From assembly GCA_041687695.1 (NCBI GenBank), contig JAWLBL010000025.1, positions 32,001 to 96,000 of the forward strand: a DNA stretch of 64,000 nt, given 5' to 3'. A program made the translations under genes and the position numbers. The notes below the pieces were generated by a model. The model searched no databases. It was given only the letters and a program-made list of their open reading frames with translations, and was not told where the DNA came from. This DNA comes from Myxococcota bacterium (GTDB taxonomy: Bacteria; Myxococcota_A; UBA9042; PHBI01; JAWLBL01). How positions within the stretch are numbered: the stretch's first letter is position 1; the number at the start of each line of letters is the position of its first letter. This document shows, in pieces, positions 23,699 through 32,463 of this stretch.

Positions 23699-24790
23699 CT
23701 ACTTGCCGGGCTGGTAGAAGGGCGTGTCGACGACCCGCGCGGGCTTTTCCTTGCCGCGGCAGTCGACCGCGAGCTCGGTGCCCGGGGCCGACAGCGCCGC
23801 CTCGACGTAGGCGAGGCCGATGGCGCGGCCGGTGCTGGGCGACTTGGTGCCCGAGGTGACGTGGCCGACCTGGCGACCCTGGTGCAGCACCGGGTAGCCG
23901 TGGCGCGGGATGCCGCGGTCGAAGACCTCGAGGCCGACCAGCTTGCGCGGCACGCCGGCCGCCTCCTGCGCGACCAGGGCGTCCTTGCCGACGAAGCCTG
24001 GCTTGTCCAGACGGGTCACCCAGCCCAGCCCAGCCTCGAGCGGCGTCGTCGTGCGGTCGATGTCGTTGCCGTACAGGCAGTAGGCCATCTCGAGCCGCAG
24101 CGTGTCGCGCGCGCCCAGGCCGGCCGGGCCGACGTCCAGGTCCTGCCCGCGCTCGGTCAGCTCGTTCCACAGGGCCTCGGCCGCTTCGGGGGCGACGTAC
24201 ACCTCGGCGCCGCGCTCTCCCGTGTAGCCGGTCGTCGCGAAGTAGGCGGGCCGGCCGCCGTAGTCGACCTGCGCCACGCGGAAGGGCTTGAGCTTGGCGG
24301 CCTTGGGGAAGACGCGCGCGAGCAGCTCGGGGGCGTTCGGGCCCTGCACGGCGATCTGCGCCCAGCGGTCGCTCTCGTCCTCGAGGCGCGCGTCGCCGGT
24401 CAGGTGCGCCCGCATGTGGGCGACGTCGGCGGCGCGGTTGGCCGCGTTCACGCAGATGAAGATCTCGGTCGCCGACAGCCGGTAGAGGATGAGGTCGTCG
24501 ACGATGCCGCCGTCGGTGTCGCACAGGGCGGTGTACAGGGCGCGGCCGTCGCCGACCCGGTGCAGGTCGTTGGTCACCAGGCGGTTGACCGCCTCGAGCG
24601 CCTCGGGGCCGGTGACGCGCACCTCGCCCATGTGGCTGACGTCGAACAGGCCGACGCGCGTCCGCACGCGCTCGTGCTCGGCCAGGATGCCGTCGTACTG
24701 CACGGGCATCGCGTAGCCGGCGAACTCGACGAGGCGCCCGCCGAGGCGCTGATGGACGGCGTACAGGGGCGTTTGCGCGAGATCGGCCAC
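23699..24790 (-). CDS. gcvT: Glycine cleavage system aminomethyltransferase T
   Basis: GLFDVSHMG, TGYTGE, GLGARDTLRLE; GTG start with GGAGG Shine-Dalgarno. Confidence 0.96.
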   Translation of the reverse strand: MADLAQTPLYAVHQRLGGRLVEFAGYAMPVQYDGILAEHERVRTRVGLFDVSHMGEVRVTGPEALEAVNRLVTNDLHRVGDGRALYTALCDTDGGIVDDLILYRLSATEIFICVNAANRAADVAHMRAHLTGDARLEDESDRWAQIAVQGPNAPELLARVFPKAAKLKPFRVAQVDYGGRPAYFATTGYTGERGAEVYVAPEAAEALWNELTERGQDLDVGPAGLGARDTLRLEMAYCLYGNDIDRTTTPLEAGLGWVTRLDKPGFVGKDALVAQEAAGVPRKLVGLEVFDRGIPRHGYPVLHQGRQVGHVTSGTKSPSTGRAIGLAYVEAALSAPGTELAVDCRGKEKPARVVDTPFYQPGK

Positions 24791-24811
24791 GGGGCCCTCC
24801 AGGTCGGCGGA

Positions 24812-24839
24812 ACTATAGACGGTGGCGGCCCATCGTCAA
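24812..24839 (-). promoter_or_regulatory. Putative sigma70 promoter of gcvTHP
   Basis: TTGACG-N16-TATAGT on the minus strand, about 20 nt upstream of gcvT. Confidence 0.65.
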
Positions 24840-24867
24840 TGAGAGTCTAGGCGGCGTCGCGTCGCGT

Positions 24868-25743
24868 CTAGGCGGGCCTGGCGGCGGCCCGCTCGGCGTC
24901 GCGGAGGCGCTCGGCGGCCTCGCAGGTGTTCTCGAGCAGCATGGCGATGGTCATCGGCCCGACCCCGCCCGGGACCGGGCTGATCAGGCTGGCGATGGGA
25001 GCGACCTCGTCCCAGGCCACGTCGCCGGCGAGCTTGCCGTCGGGCAGGCGGCTGGTGCCGACGTCGACCACGACCGCCCCCGGCTTGACCCAGTCGCGGC
25101 GAACCAGCCCCGGCTTGCCGACGGCCACGACCAGGACGTCGGCCTGGCGCGCCAGCGCGGCCGTGTCGGGCGTGTGGCGGTGGCAGACGGTGACGGTCGC
25201 GTCGCAGGCCAACAACATCGCCGCCATCGGGCGTCCGACGATGCGGCTGCGGCCGACGACCACCGCGTGGCGGCCGCGCAGCGGGACGCCGTGCTCGACC
25301 AGCAGGCGGATGACGCCGCGGGGCGTGCAGGGCTCGAGGCCGGCCCGGTCGGTCGCCAGGTGGCCGACGTTCACGTAGTGGAAGCCGTCGACGTCCTTGC
25401 GCGGGTCGATGGCCTCGAGCACGACGTGCTCTTCGAGGTGCTCCGGCAGGGGCAGCTGCACCAGGATGCCGTGGACCAGGTGGCTGTGGTTGAGCTCGCC
25501 CAGCAGCTCGAGCAGCGTCGCCTGGCTCGTCGCCGCGGGCAGCCGGTGCACCATGGACGCGATGCCGACCTGCTCGCAGGCCTTGGCCTTGTGCCGCACG
25601 TAGACCGCGCTGGCCGGGTCGTCGCCGACCAGCACCACGGCCAGACCCGGCTGCACCCCGTCGGCCACCAGGGCCGCCACGCGCTGCCTCACCTCGGCCT
25701 TGACCTTCGCGGCGACCGCCGTCCCGGACAGGATCTCGCCCAT
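24868..25743 (-). CDS. folD: Bifunctional methylenetetrahydrofolate dehydrogenase/cyclohydrolase
   Basis: YVRHK, GILVQLPLP, KDVDGFH, PCTP, GRSRIVGRP, PVPGGVGPMT. Confidence 0.96.
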   Translation of the reverse strand: MGEILSGTAVAAKVKAEVRQRVAALVADGVQPGLAVVLVGDDPASAVYVRHKAKACEQVGIASMVHRLPAATSQATLLELLGELNHSHLVHGILVQLPLPEHLEEHVVLEAIDPRKDVDGFHYVNVGHLATDRAGLEPCTPRGVIRLLVEHGVPLRGRHAVVVGRSRIVGRPMAAMLLACDATVTVCHRHTPDTAALARQADVLVVAVGKPGLVRRDWVKPGAVVVDVGTSRLPDGKLAGDVAWDEVAPIASLISPVPGGVGPMTIAMLLENTCEAAERLRDAERAAARPA

Positions 25744-25849
25744 GGCTCACCTCCGCCCTCGTCGCGCGGCGGCAGGTAACACGTAGGGCCCCGTGGTTCA
25801 AGGACGAGCGGCGGTCCGCGCGGGCTCCGGCCCGGCCGGCACCGTCCGC

Positions 25850-26806
25850 TCAGTGCACCGTCGGCCCCTCGCCCTCGTCGCGCTCGCGCTGAAGGGCCAG
25901 CCAGGCCGCCGAGATCACCTCGTCGTCCTCTTCGCCGACCTCGTCGGCCAGGGCCAGCTTCTTCTCGCGCAGCTTCACGGCGGCCGCCCACAGGAACAGC
26001 AGCGCCATCGTGACCCACAGGATCGTGCCGTCGCGCATGACGATGAGCAGGTTGCTGCGCTCCTCGAGATCGCGCCGCCACAGGGTCTCGAGCCCCAGCA
26101 CGTCGCCCCGGAAGGCGCCCTCGAACGCGTCCTCGAAGGCGTCCCCGCGCGACAGGCGCGCGAACAGGTCGTGCATCGCCGCCGAGCCGTGCTCGCGCTC
26201 GAGCCAGCGGACGAACAGGGCGCTCTGCGCGTACGCCAGCTCGACCCCGGCGCCCTGGATGGGGAACCCGCGCGACAGGCTCGACAGCGGCATCAGCTGC
26301 CCGGTCAGCGCCGCCTTCTGTGCGCTGGCCAGCCGCTCGACGACGTTCTCGCCGGCCTGCCAGATCGCCACGCCCTCGAGGAACCAGCGCGGCAGCGACC
26401 CGCCGCGCGCCACGGCGTGCACCAGGACGTGGCTGACCTCGTGGTCGAAGGTCTCGGTCAGCGTGAAGAAGGCGGTCCCGTGGGCGCGCAGGACGATGCG
26501 GCGCTGGGCCGGGAAGGCCACGCCCACGGCCCACTCGGCCATGGGCGAATCGTCCGGGAAGGCCTTGGCGAAGCTCTCGGCGTCCTCGGTGACGAAGACG
26601 TCGACGGGCCCCGGCAGGGCGTCACAGGCGGAGATGTCTCGGCAGACCTTGGTGAAGCGCGCCTCCGCGTCGTCGGCCAGCCTCAGCGCCGCCTCGTGGG
26701 CGCGCGCGTCGGCGTGGAAGCGGAAGTGCTCGGTCGTTCGGACCAGGCTCGCGTCCGCGGGGCCGGCGAGGAGCAGCAGCGCCAGCAGCCAGGTCGATAG
26801 TCCCAT
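25850..26806 (-). CDS. Peptidase MA-like (HExxH) metallopeptidase with C-terminal TM anchor
   Basis: Signal peptide, HEVSH, LPRWFLEGVA, AYAQS, hydrophobic C-terminal helix. Confidence 0.82.
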   Translation of the reverse strand: MGLSTWLLALLLLAGPADASLVRTTEHFRFHADARAHEAALRLADDAEARFTKVCRDISACDALPGPVDVFVTEDAESFAKAFPDDSPMAEWAVGVAFPAQRRIVLRAHGTAFFTLTETFDHEVSHVLVHAVARGGSLPRWFLEGVAIWQAGENVVERLASAQKAALTGQLMPLSSLSRGFPIQGAGVELAYAQSALFVRWLEREHGSAAMHDLFARLSRGDAFEDAFEGAFRGDVLGLETLWRRDLEERSNLLIVMRDGTILWVTMALLFLWAAAVKLREKKLALADEVGEEDDEVISAAWLALQRERDEGEGPTVH

Positions 26807-26873
26807 GGTGACCGCCCGGGAGGGCCGAGCCCGGGCGGCTCCTTCCGATTGGGAGAGGGGCGCTCCGGGCGTA

Positions 26874-27908
26874 CTACATGCGTCTCCATCGGAACTGGTA
26901 TAGTCCCGAGGATATTTCGAAGAAGAAGCCGAACTCGAACTTGATCTCGCCCTGGGCGTCGACCAGCCCCTCGGGCGGGTTCGGGAAGGGCTGGGCGCGC
27001 TCGAAGGCGCTCTTGGCCTCGGCGTCCATGAACTCGAGGCCCGAGTGCTTGTGGGTCACGAGCTTCTTGAGGCGCCCGCGCTGGTCGAGCGTGACGTGCA
27101 GCACGGTGTGCCGGTCCTTGGTCCCGTAGGTCTTGCCGGTCGGGTCGCGGCGGCGGTAGACGACGTTGGGGTGCCAGTGGCGCCGGACGGCCTCTTTGAC
27201 GCGGTAGAAGAAGTCCGCGTACTTGTACTTGTTGGCGTTGAGGACGGTGCTCTTGGAGCGGTCCTTGACCTCGACGTGGTCGTCCGAGGCGAACTGGCCG
27301 CCGAGGGCCTGCAGGTTTGCCTTGGCCGCGCGGTCGCTGGTCGACGGCAGCAGGAGCTTGTTCTTTTCGCCCTGGAACATGACCGAGTCGCTCTTCTTCT
27401 CGCCGTTGTCGTCGAGGGGCTTGTCCTCGGAGGGCTTGGCGAGCTCGATCTCCTTGTCCTTCTCGCTCGTGACCGTCTTGTCTTCGCTCTGCGAGTCCTT
27501 GGACTGGACCTCGCTCTGCTCGGTCGGGCTGACGTTGCTGGCCTGCTGGTTGCGGTCCGGCTTGGCGACGCGCTCGGAGCGGGTCTCCTTCTCGGTCCGC
27601 GTGTTCTTGTTGGCCAGGTACTTGGTCTCGACCGGCTTGACGTCCTCGGGCTCCTCCTGCTCGGGGACCTCGACGATCTGCGGGTTCTCCGGCAGCGGCG
27701 GCGGCTCGGGCGGCTTGGGCGGCTCGCGACGGACCAGGTGACCGGTCAGGATCGTCTGCGCGCGCTTCTTCGCCGGGGGCGTCTCCGGGCCACCGTATTC
27801 GGTCTGGAAGACGTAGGCGTAGAAGAGGGGCGCCTGCAGCGCCACGGCGAGCAGGCCCACCCACAGCCAGCGCTTCCAACTCGACGGACTTGTTCGCCTT
27901 CGCCTCAT
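26874..27908 (-). CDS. TonB family protein (TM anchor, Pro/charged linker, TonB_C-like domain)
   Basis: N-terminal TM, PPKPPEPPPLPE linker, C-terminal FFYRVKEAVRRHW...SGLEFMD...AQPFPNPP. Confidence 0.82.
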   Translation of the reverse strand: MRRRRTSPSSWKRWLWVGLLAVALQAPLFYAYVFQTEYGGPETPPAKKRAQTILTGHLVRREPPKPPEPPPLPENPQIVEVPEQEEPEDVKPVETKYLANKNTRTEKETRSERVAKPDRNQQASNVSPTEQSEVQSKDSQSEDKTVTSEKDKEIELAKPSEDKPLDDNGEKKSDSVMFQGEKNKLLLPSTSDRAAKANLQALGGQFASDDHVEVKDRSKSTVLNANKYKYADFFYRVKEAVRRHWHPNVVYRRRDPTGKTYGTKDRHTVLHVTLDQRGRLKKLVTHKHSGLEFMDAEAKSAFERAQPFPNPPEGLVDAQGEIKFEFGFFFEISSGLYQFRWRRM

Positions 27909-28000
27909 CCCAGTCCTTGCAGGGGCAGCGCCCTGAGCGCCGAGGTTTCAGCCTAGCCAGACGCCCCGACCGTCACAAGGTTGCGGCGTGACTTCTTTGA

Positions 28001-28013
28001 AATCAGCCGGTTG
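28001..28013 (+). promoter_or_regulatory. Putative IHF binding site
   Basis: AATCAGCCGGTTG matches WATCARN4TTR, with an AT-rich flank, in the region upstream of the TonB-family gene. Confidence 0.45.
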
Positions 28014-28197
28014 CGGGTACACGGGGGCCAGGCGCCGGGGCGCTTCGGGGGCGGTTGAGAGGGGGGTGGGGGGCAGGGGGGAGGGTCGCCACCCGGGCCG
28101 GGGCGGATCGCGGACGGACCACGACCGGCGGGCACGAGGGGAGCCTTACGATGCGCACAACCCAGGTCGAGCGCCGCCGATTCCACGGCGGGCGAAG

Positions 28198-28237
28198 AAA
28201 ATGAAAAGGCCCCGAACACGCTGGGTGTTCGGGGCCT
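28198..28237 (-). terminator. Rho-independent terminator of the deiminase gene
   Basis: Perfect 13-bp stem AGGCCCCGAACAC-N5-GTGTTCGGGGCCT followed on the minus strand by a T-rich tract, 23 nt after the stop. Confidence 0.85.
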
Positions 28238-28260
28238 CGTCGGGGTCGACCCGGTGATCG

Positions 28261-30504
28261 TCAGGCCAGCCGGCGCCGCCGAATGAGGGCGATCAGGGCC
28301 GCCGCGGCCGCCAGCCAGGCGAGGCCGGAGGCGTCCGAGCCGCCCTGGCAGCCGCTGGAGCCGCCACCAGAGCCGCCGCCGCCGACCGGCGGGCCGCCGA
28401 CGTCACCACCCTTGGTGTCCTCGCCCCCGGAGGCGTCGCCGGTCGGGCCGGCGTCGGGCTCGTTGCCGAGATCCTCGCTGGGCGCGTCCACGCAGCTCGA
28501 CTCGCCGCAGACCTTCCCGATGGCCGCGCAGTCCTGGTAGCTCTTCACGCGGCAGTCGCCGGCGCCGGCGTTGCAGGTGAAGAACTTGCCGTCCTCGCAG
28601 CCGGTCTCCCCGGCCGCGCACTCGTGGGCACACGGCGTGGCGCACTGGCCGTTCTTGCACTCGAGGCCGTCCTCGCACACGCCGCAGCTGCCGCCGCAGC
28701 CGTCGTCGCCGCACACGTTGCCGGTGCAGTCGGGCGTGCAGACCTCGGGCTCGCAGCTGATGGGGAAGTTGCCCGACGGATCGGCGCCGTTGCCGCCGCA
28801 GTCGTAGAACTGGCCGGCCCAGCCGCAGCCGTTGGGGCAGTTGCCCTCCACGATCTCGTTGTCCTCGCAGTACTTGAGGACGCTGCCGTCACAGCAGCCC
28901 TCGTAGGTGAGGCCGTTGCACTTGTCCTCGGGCGGCTCGCAGTTGTTGGTGCAGTCGTTGCAGCCGCACTCCCACACCGGGCCCCAGCACAGGTCGATGC
29001 CGCTGTCGCCCACCTGGCAGGCGCCGTCGTAGCCGCCCTCGGGCGCCGCGCACACGTCGGACTCGCAGGCGCCGTCGGCCACCCACAGCGAGGGCTCGAC
29101 CTTGGGGATGGTGCGGGTGATGCAGTGGATGGCGCCCGACCAGAAGGACAGCTCGGTCGAGTCGATCGGGATGTGCTCGTAGTCGGGCATGACCTCGGAC
29201 CACTTGGCGGCCGCCGAGGCCTGCCGGTCCTGCCACGCCGCGTGGGGCGAGACGGGCCACAGGTTCAGGCCGTTGATGAAGGTCGAGTTGATGTAGGTGA
29301 AGGGGACCTTGCCTTCGCTCGACGAGCGGTGGCCCGGCATGACCAGGCGGTGGACCGTGAACTTGCTGCCGTCCGCCTTGGTGTAGGCCTCGAGCAGGGC
29401 GGCGTTGGCGTCCATGCGGGCGGCGTTGGCCTCCTGCGGGGTGCCGGCCTCGAACGGGGCCTCGTAGGCGCCCATGATGATGGTGTTGTCGTCCACCACC
29501 TTCATGTACATGTCGATGTGGCCGGTGCCGTCGTCCGTGATCGAGTGGGTGACGATGATGTCCTTGCACCCGGCGTACTGGCCCCAGACCTGCTTCATGT
29601 ACGCCAGCTCGGGCGTCTTGGCGGGGTCGTTGACGTCGGCGAGCGGGCCGTTGTTGTAGCTGCTCTTGCAGGCGCCCGCGTCGCAGCTCATGTAGTAGAG
29701 CTGGCGGCTCGAGGTGAAGCAGACGCCGTCGGTGGTCGCCTGGAAGGTGCCGCCCTCGACGTTGAGCGGCATGCGGTAGGTCACCGTCGGGCTGCTCAGG
29801 CCGAAGGTGTTCTGCAGCTCGCGGCCGACGACGGTCGGGACGCCATCGTCGATGGGACGCGGGTGGTAGTAGCGGAAGTCGGAGAAGGCGTAGGTGTTCG
29901 TCGCCGTGTCGATGATGGGCAGCGGGCCCGAGTCGATGTACCAGATGCTGTCGAGCTCGGCCGTCAGGAACTTGACCTTGGTGTCGACGTCCGCCTGCGT
30001 CATGCCCTCGGCGAGCATGCCCTTGATGAGGGCGTCCTTGGCCTTGTCGCCGTCGACCACGAACCAGACGTCCGCGACCAGCGACGAGAAGCGCGCGATC
30101 TTGTGGAAGGTCTTGCTGGCGTTGCTGGCGCTCGTCATGTTGCCCGGATAGGACATCATGATGGCCTGCATCGGCTCCCACTCGACCATCGGACGGACGG
30201 TCTCGATGTTCGCCGGCGGCGCCGTGATGGCGTAGCGCTCGGGGTGCGCCAGGCGATAGTTGTCGAACTGGTCCCCCTTCATCACCGGCAGGATGAAGCG
30301 CTGGTCGTTGTAGGCCTTGCGCAGCGGGCTGTCGGGGCGGAAGTGGTACTCGATCGCCTCCCCGGCGGCCACGGGCGCGGTGACGGGGGCCTGCGCCGGC
30401 GCCTGGGCGGGGCTCTCGGCCTTGGAAGGCGCGCTCGGCGGCGCGTCGCACCCGCCGGCGGCGGCCGCCATGAGGCACAGGGGGACGATGCTTCTGAGTT
30501 TCAT
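28261..30504 (-). CDS. Agmatine/peptidylarginine deiminase family lipoprotein with Cys-rich stalk and MYXO-CTERM
   Basis: Lipobox AGGC; VEWEP, WYID, EGG, DDGTGHIDM, TYINS, GAIHCIT; C-terminus GGSSGC...LAWLAAAAALIALIRRRR. Confidence 0.88.
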   Translation of the reverse strand: MKLRSIVPLCLMAAAAGGCDAPPSAPSKAESPAQAPAQAPVTAPVAAGEAIEYHFRPDSPLRKAYNDQRFILPVMKGDQFDNYRLAHPERYAITAPPANIETVRPMVEWEPMQAIMMSYPGNMTSASNASKTFHKIARFSSLVADVWFVVDGDKAKDALIKGMLAEGMTQADVDTKVKFLTAELDSIWYIDSGPLPIIDTATNTYAFSDFRYYHPRPIDDGVPTVVGRELQNTFGLSSPTVTYRMPLNVEGGTFQATTDGVCFTSSRQLYYMSCDAGACKSSYNNGPLADVNDPAKTPELAYMKQVWGQYAGCKDIIVTHSITDDGTGHIDMYMKVVDDNTIIMGAYEAPFEAGTPQEANAARMDANAALLEAYTKADGSKFTVHRLVMPGHRSSSEGKVPFTYINSTFINGLNLWPVSPHAAWQDRQASAAAKWSEVMPDYEHIPIDSTELSFWSGAIHCITRTIPKVEPSLWVADGACESDVCAAPEGGYDGACQVGDSGIDLCWGPVWECGCNDCTNNCEPPEDKCNGLTYEGCCDGSVLKYCEDNEIVEGNCPNGCGWAGQFYDCGGNGADPSGNFPISCEPEVCTPDCTGNVCGDDGCGGSCGVCEDGLECKNGQCATPCAHECAAGETGCEDGKFFTCNAGAGDCRVKSYQDCAAIGKVCGESSCVDAPSEDLGNEPDAGPTGDASGGEDTKGGDVGGPPVGGGGSGGGSSGCQGGSDASGLAWLAAAAALIALIRRRRLA

Positions 30505-30566
30505 CACGACACCCGGGGGAGGCGAGGGCGGGCAGCCGCCGTTGGGACCACGACAGAGGTCGGGGA

Positions 30567-30596
30567 AGGCTACCGGCGGCCCCGAGGCCCGGTCAA
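30567..30596 (-). promoter_or_regulatory. Putative sigma70 promoter of the deiminase gene
   Basis: TTGACC-N18-TAGCCT on the minus strand. Confidence 0.5.
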
Positions 30597-30677
30597 GCAG
30601 GCGCGTCCGCGGGTTCGGTTTTGCGAAACGGCCCGCGGCGAGCCCCGACGCCCGGCTCACGGGCGGCCAAACGCGCC

Positions 30678-30706
30678 TTGTCGGCGGGCGCCGGCGCGCC
30701 TATCCT
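30678..30706 (+). promoter_or_regulatory. Putative sigma70 promoter of tRNA-Sec
   Basis: TTGTCG-N17-TATCCT ending 7 nt before the tRNA 5' end. Confidence 0.65.
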
Positions 30707-30713
30707 CCGCGGC

Positions 30714-30811
30714 GGAAGTGCAACGGTCCTGGTGGGCCGCGCGGTCTTCAAAACCGTTGCAGGGCGCTGAGAGGTGGCCTGGGGGGGTTCGATTCCCCTG
30801 CATTTCCGCCA
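30714..30811 (+). tRNA. selC: tRNA-Sec (anticodon UCA)
   Basis: 8-bp acceptor GGAAGTGC/GCATTTCC + GCCA; 6-bp D stem CGGTCC-TGGT-GGGCCG; anticodon arm GCGGT-CTTCAAA-ACCGT; long variable arm; T arm GGGGG-TTCGATT-CCCCT. Confidence 0.95.
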
Positions 30812-30892
30812 AACGACCGCGGCGGCTCGGCCGCGGCGCGTCCGCACCTCCGGGATGCTGCGTCGCAGGGGGCCGCGCGGACCCGCGGCGGC

Positions 30893-32347
30893 TCAGCCCA
30901 GGCCCACGCCGTCGTCCGGCGTGTCGCCGTCGGCGGCCTCGCCCTCGTGGACCACCAGGTGGACCTGACGGCCGGCGCGGGCCAGCCTCGAGGCCAGGTG
31001 CACGGCGCGCACGCTCGAGAAGGCGACCGGACCGCGCTCGGGGACGGGCTCGCCGGGCAGCACCATCGGGACGCCCTCGGGGGCGCTGGCGGTCACGCGC
31101 ACGGGGTCGCCGCCGGGCATCCAGTCGGCGACCGCGGTGACGGTGGTCGTCTCGAGCACCGCGTCGACGAGATCGGCCGGCAGCTGCTCGTGGGCGCGCT
31201 CGAGGCGCGACCAGCGGGCGAACACCGCGACCGGCCCGTCGGAGATGTCGCAGACCTCCTTGGCGCGGGCGCTGACGTCCTCGGTGCCGATGTGGCGCGC
31301 GCGCTCGATGATCTCGTCCTTGAGGGCGCCCGCCAGGGGCCGCACCACCGAGCGGTTGGCGTACTGGTCGATGGCCGCCAGGTGGCTGAGGGTCTGGCTG
31401 GAGACCTGGCCGACGGCGTCGCCCGTGATGAGCGCGTGGATGCCCAGGCGCGCCGCGAGCCGGTCGGCGGCCGCGACCATCAGCTGCTTCAAGACGACCT
31501 GCCGCAGCCGCGAGTCGACGTGCGCGACGATGGCGTCCTTGATGGGGCGGAAGTCCATCATCCAGAAGACGGGCGAGGTGCCGTGGGCCCAGCGCTCGCC
31601 GATCAGGTGCGCCAGGACCAGCGCGTGCTCGCTGGCCGAGCACTCGAGCTTGAAGTGCAGAAAGTGCACCGGGCTGCCGCGCCGCATCAGCATCCAGGCC
31701 GCGACCGCCGAGTCGTAGCCGCCCGACAGCAGCGCGAGCGAGCGCTCCTGGGCGCCGAGCGGCAGCCCGCTGGGGCCGGCCCAGGTCTGGGTGACCAGGT
31801 AGACCACGGGGCCGTCGACCTCGACCCGCACCTCGACCTCGGGCGCGTGCAGGTTCACGCCGCGCGAGGCGGGGTACAGGCGGGCGCCGATGGCGCGCAT
31901 CACGTCTTCCGAGCTGAACGGGTGGCGGCCGCGGCGGCGGCAGCGCACGGCGAAGACGCGGGCCTCGACCGAGCGCCGGGCGCGGTTCGCCACGGCGTCG
32001 GCCAGCTCGTCGAGCGAGCCGAAGGGGATGGGGTGGACGCGCGAGACGCGGTGGATGCCGAAGACCTGGGCGGCGGCGCGGGCGGCGGCGTCCGGGTCGG
32101 GGCCGGTGAGGGTCAGCGGGTTGTCCGTGTCGTGGACGCGGTGGCCGGGCGCGTGGCGATCGAGCGCCGCCTGGAGGTTACGCATCAGCATGCGGCGCAT
32201 GCGCTTGCGGGTGCGCGGCGACTTGGTGTGCAGCTCGCCCGACAGGTGCAGGCGCAGGTGGTCGACGCCGACGGCCTCCTCGGGCAGGTTGCGGGGCACG
32301 TAGACGTGCTGGCTGCGGGTCGCTTGCTCGGGGGCTCGTACGGTCAT
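30893..32347 (-). CDS. thiI: tRNA 4-thiouridine synthase (THUMP + PP-loop), degenerate C-terminal domain
   Basis: GELHTKS, THUMP (FAVRCRRRG, VNLHAPE), GLPLG, LLSGGYDS, TGDAVGQVSSQTL, EVC. Confidence 0.9.
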   Translation of the reverse strand: MTVRAPEQATRSQHVYVPRNLPEEAVGVDHLRLHLSGELHTKSPRTRKRMRRMLMRNLQAALDRHAPGHRVHDTDNPLTLTGPDPDAAARAAAQVFGIHRVSRVHPIPFGSLDELADAVANRARRSVEARVFAVRCRRRGRHPFSSEDVMRAIGARLYPASRGVNLHAPEVEVRVEVDGPVVYLVTQTWAGPSGLPLGAQERSLALLSGGYDSAVAAWMLMRRGSPVHFLHFKLECSASEHALVLAHLIGERWAHGTSPVFWMMDFRPIKDAIVAHVDSRLRQVVLKQLMVAAADRLAARLGIHALITGDAVGQVSSQTLSHLAAIDQYANRSVVRPLAGALKDEIIERARHIGTEDVSARAKEVCDISDGPVAVFARWSRLERAHEQLPADLVDAVLETTTVTAVADWMPGGDPVRVTASAPEGVPMVLPGEPVPERGPVAFSSVRAVHLASRLARAGRQVHLVVHEGEAADGDTPDDGVGLG

Positions 32348-32463
32348 GGGCGCCGGCTTCCGTTCGGGGGACGTGTCGGGTCGCTCGAACCCGGCGGGGC
32401 GGCGCGGTGTTCCGGCCCGGCGGGGCGGCGCATGATGGCCGCTCGAGGCTCGCGGGGCAAAGG

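Noticed and set aside
24791..24867. Glycine riboswitch upstream of gcvT
   Set aside because: The gap is only 77 nt and a sigma70-like promoter sits about 20 nt from the start, leaving no room for an aptamer
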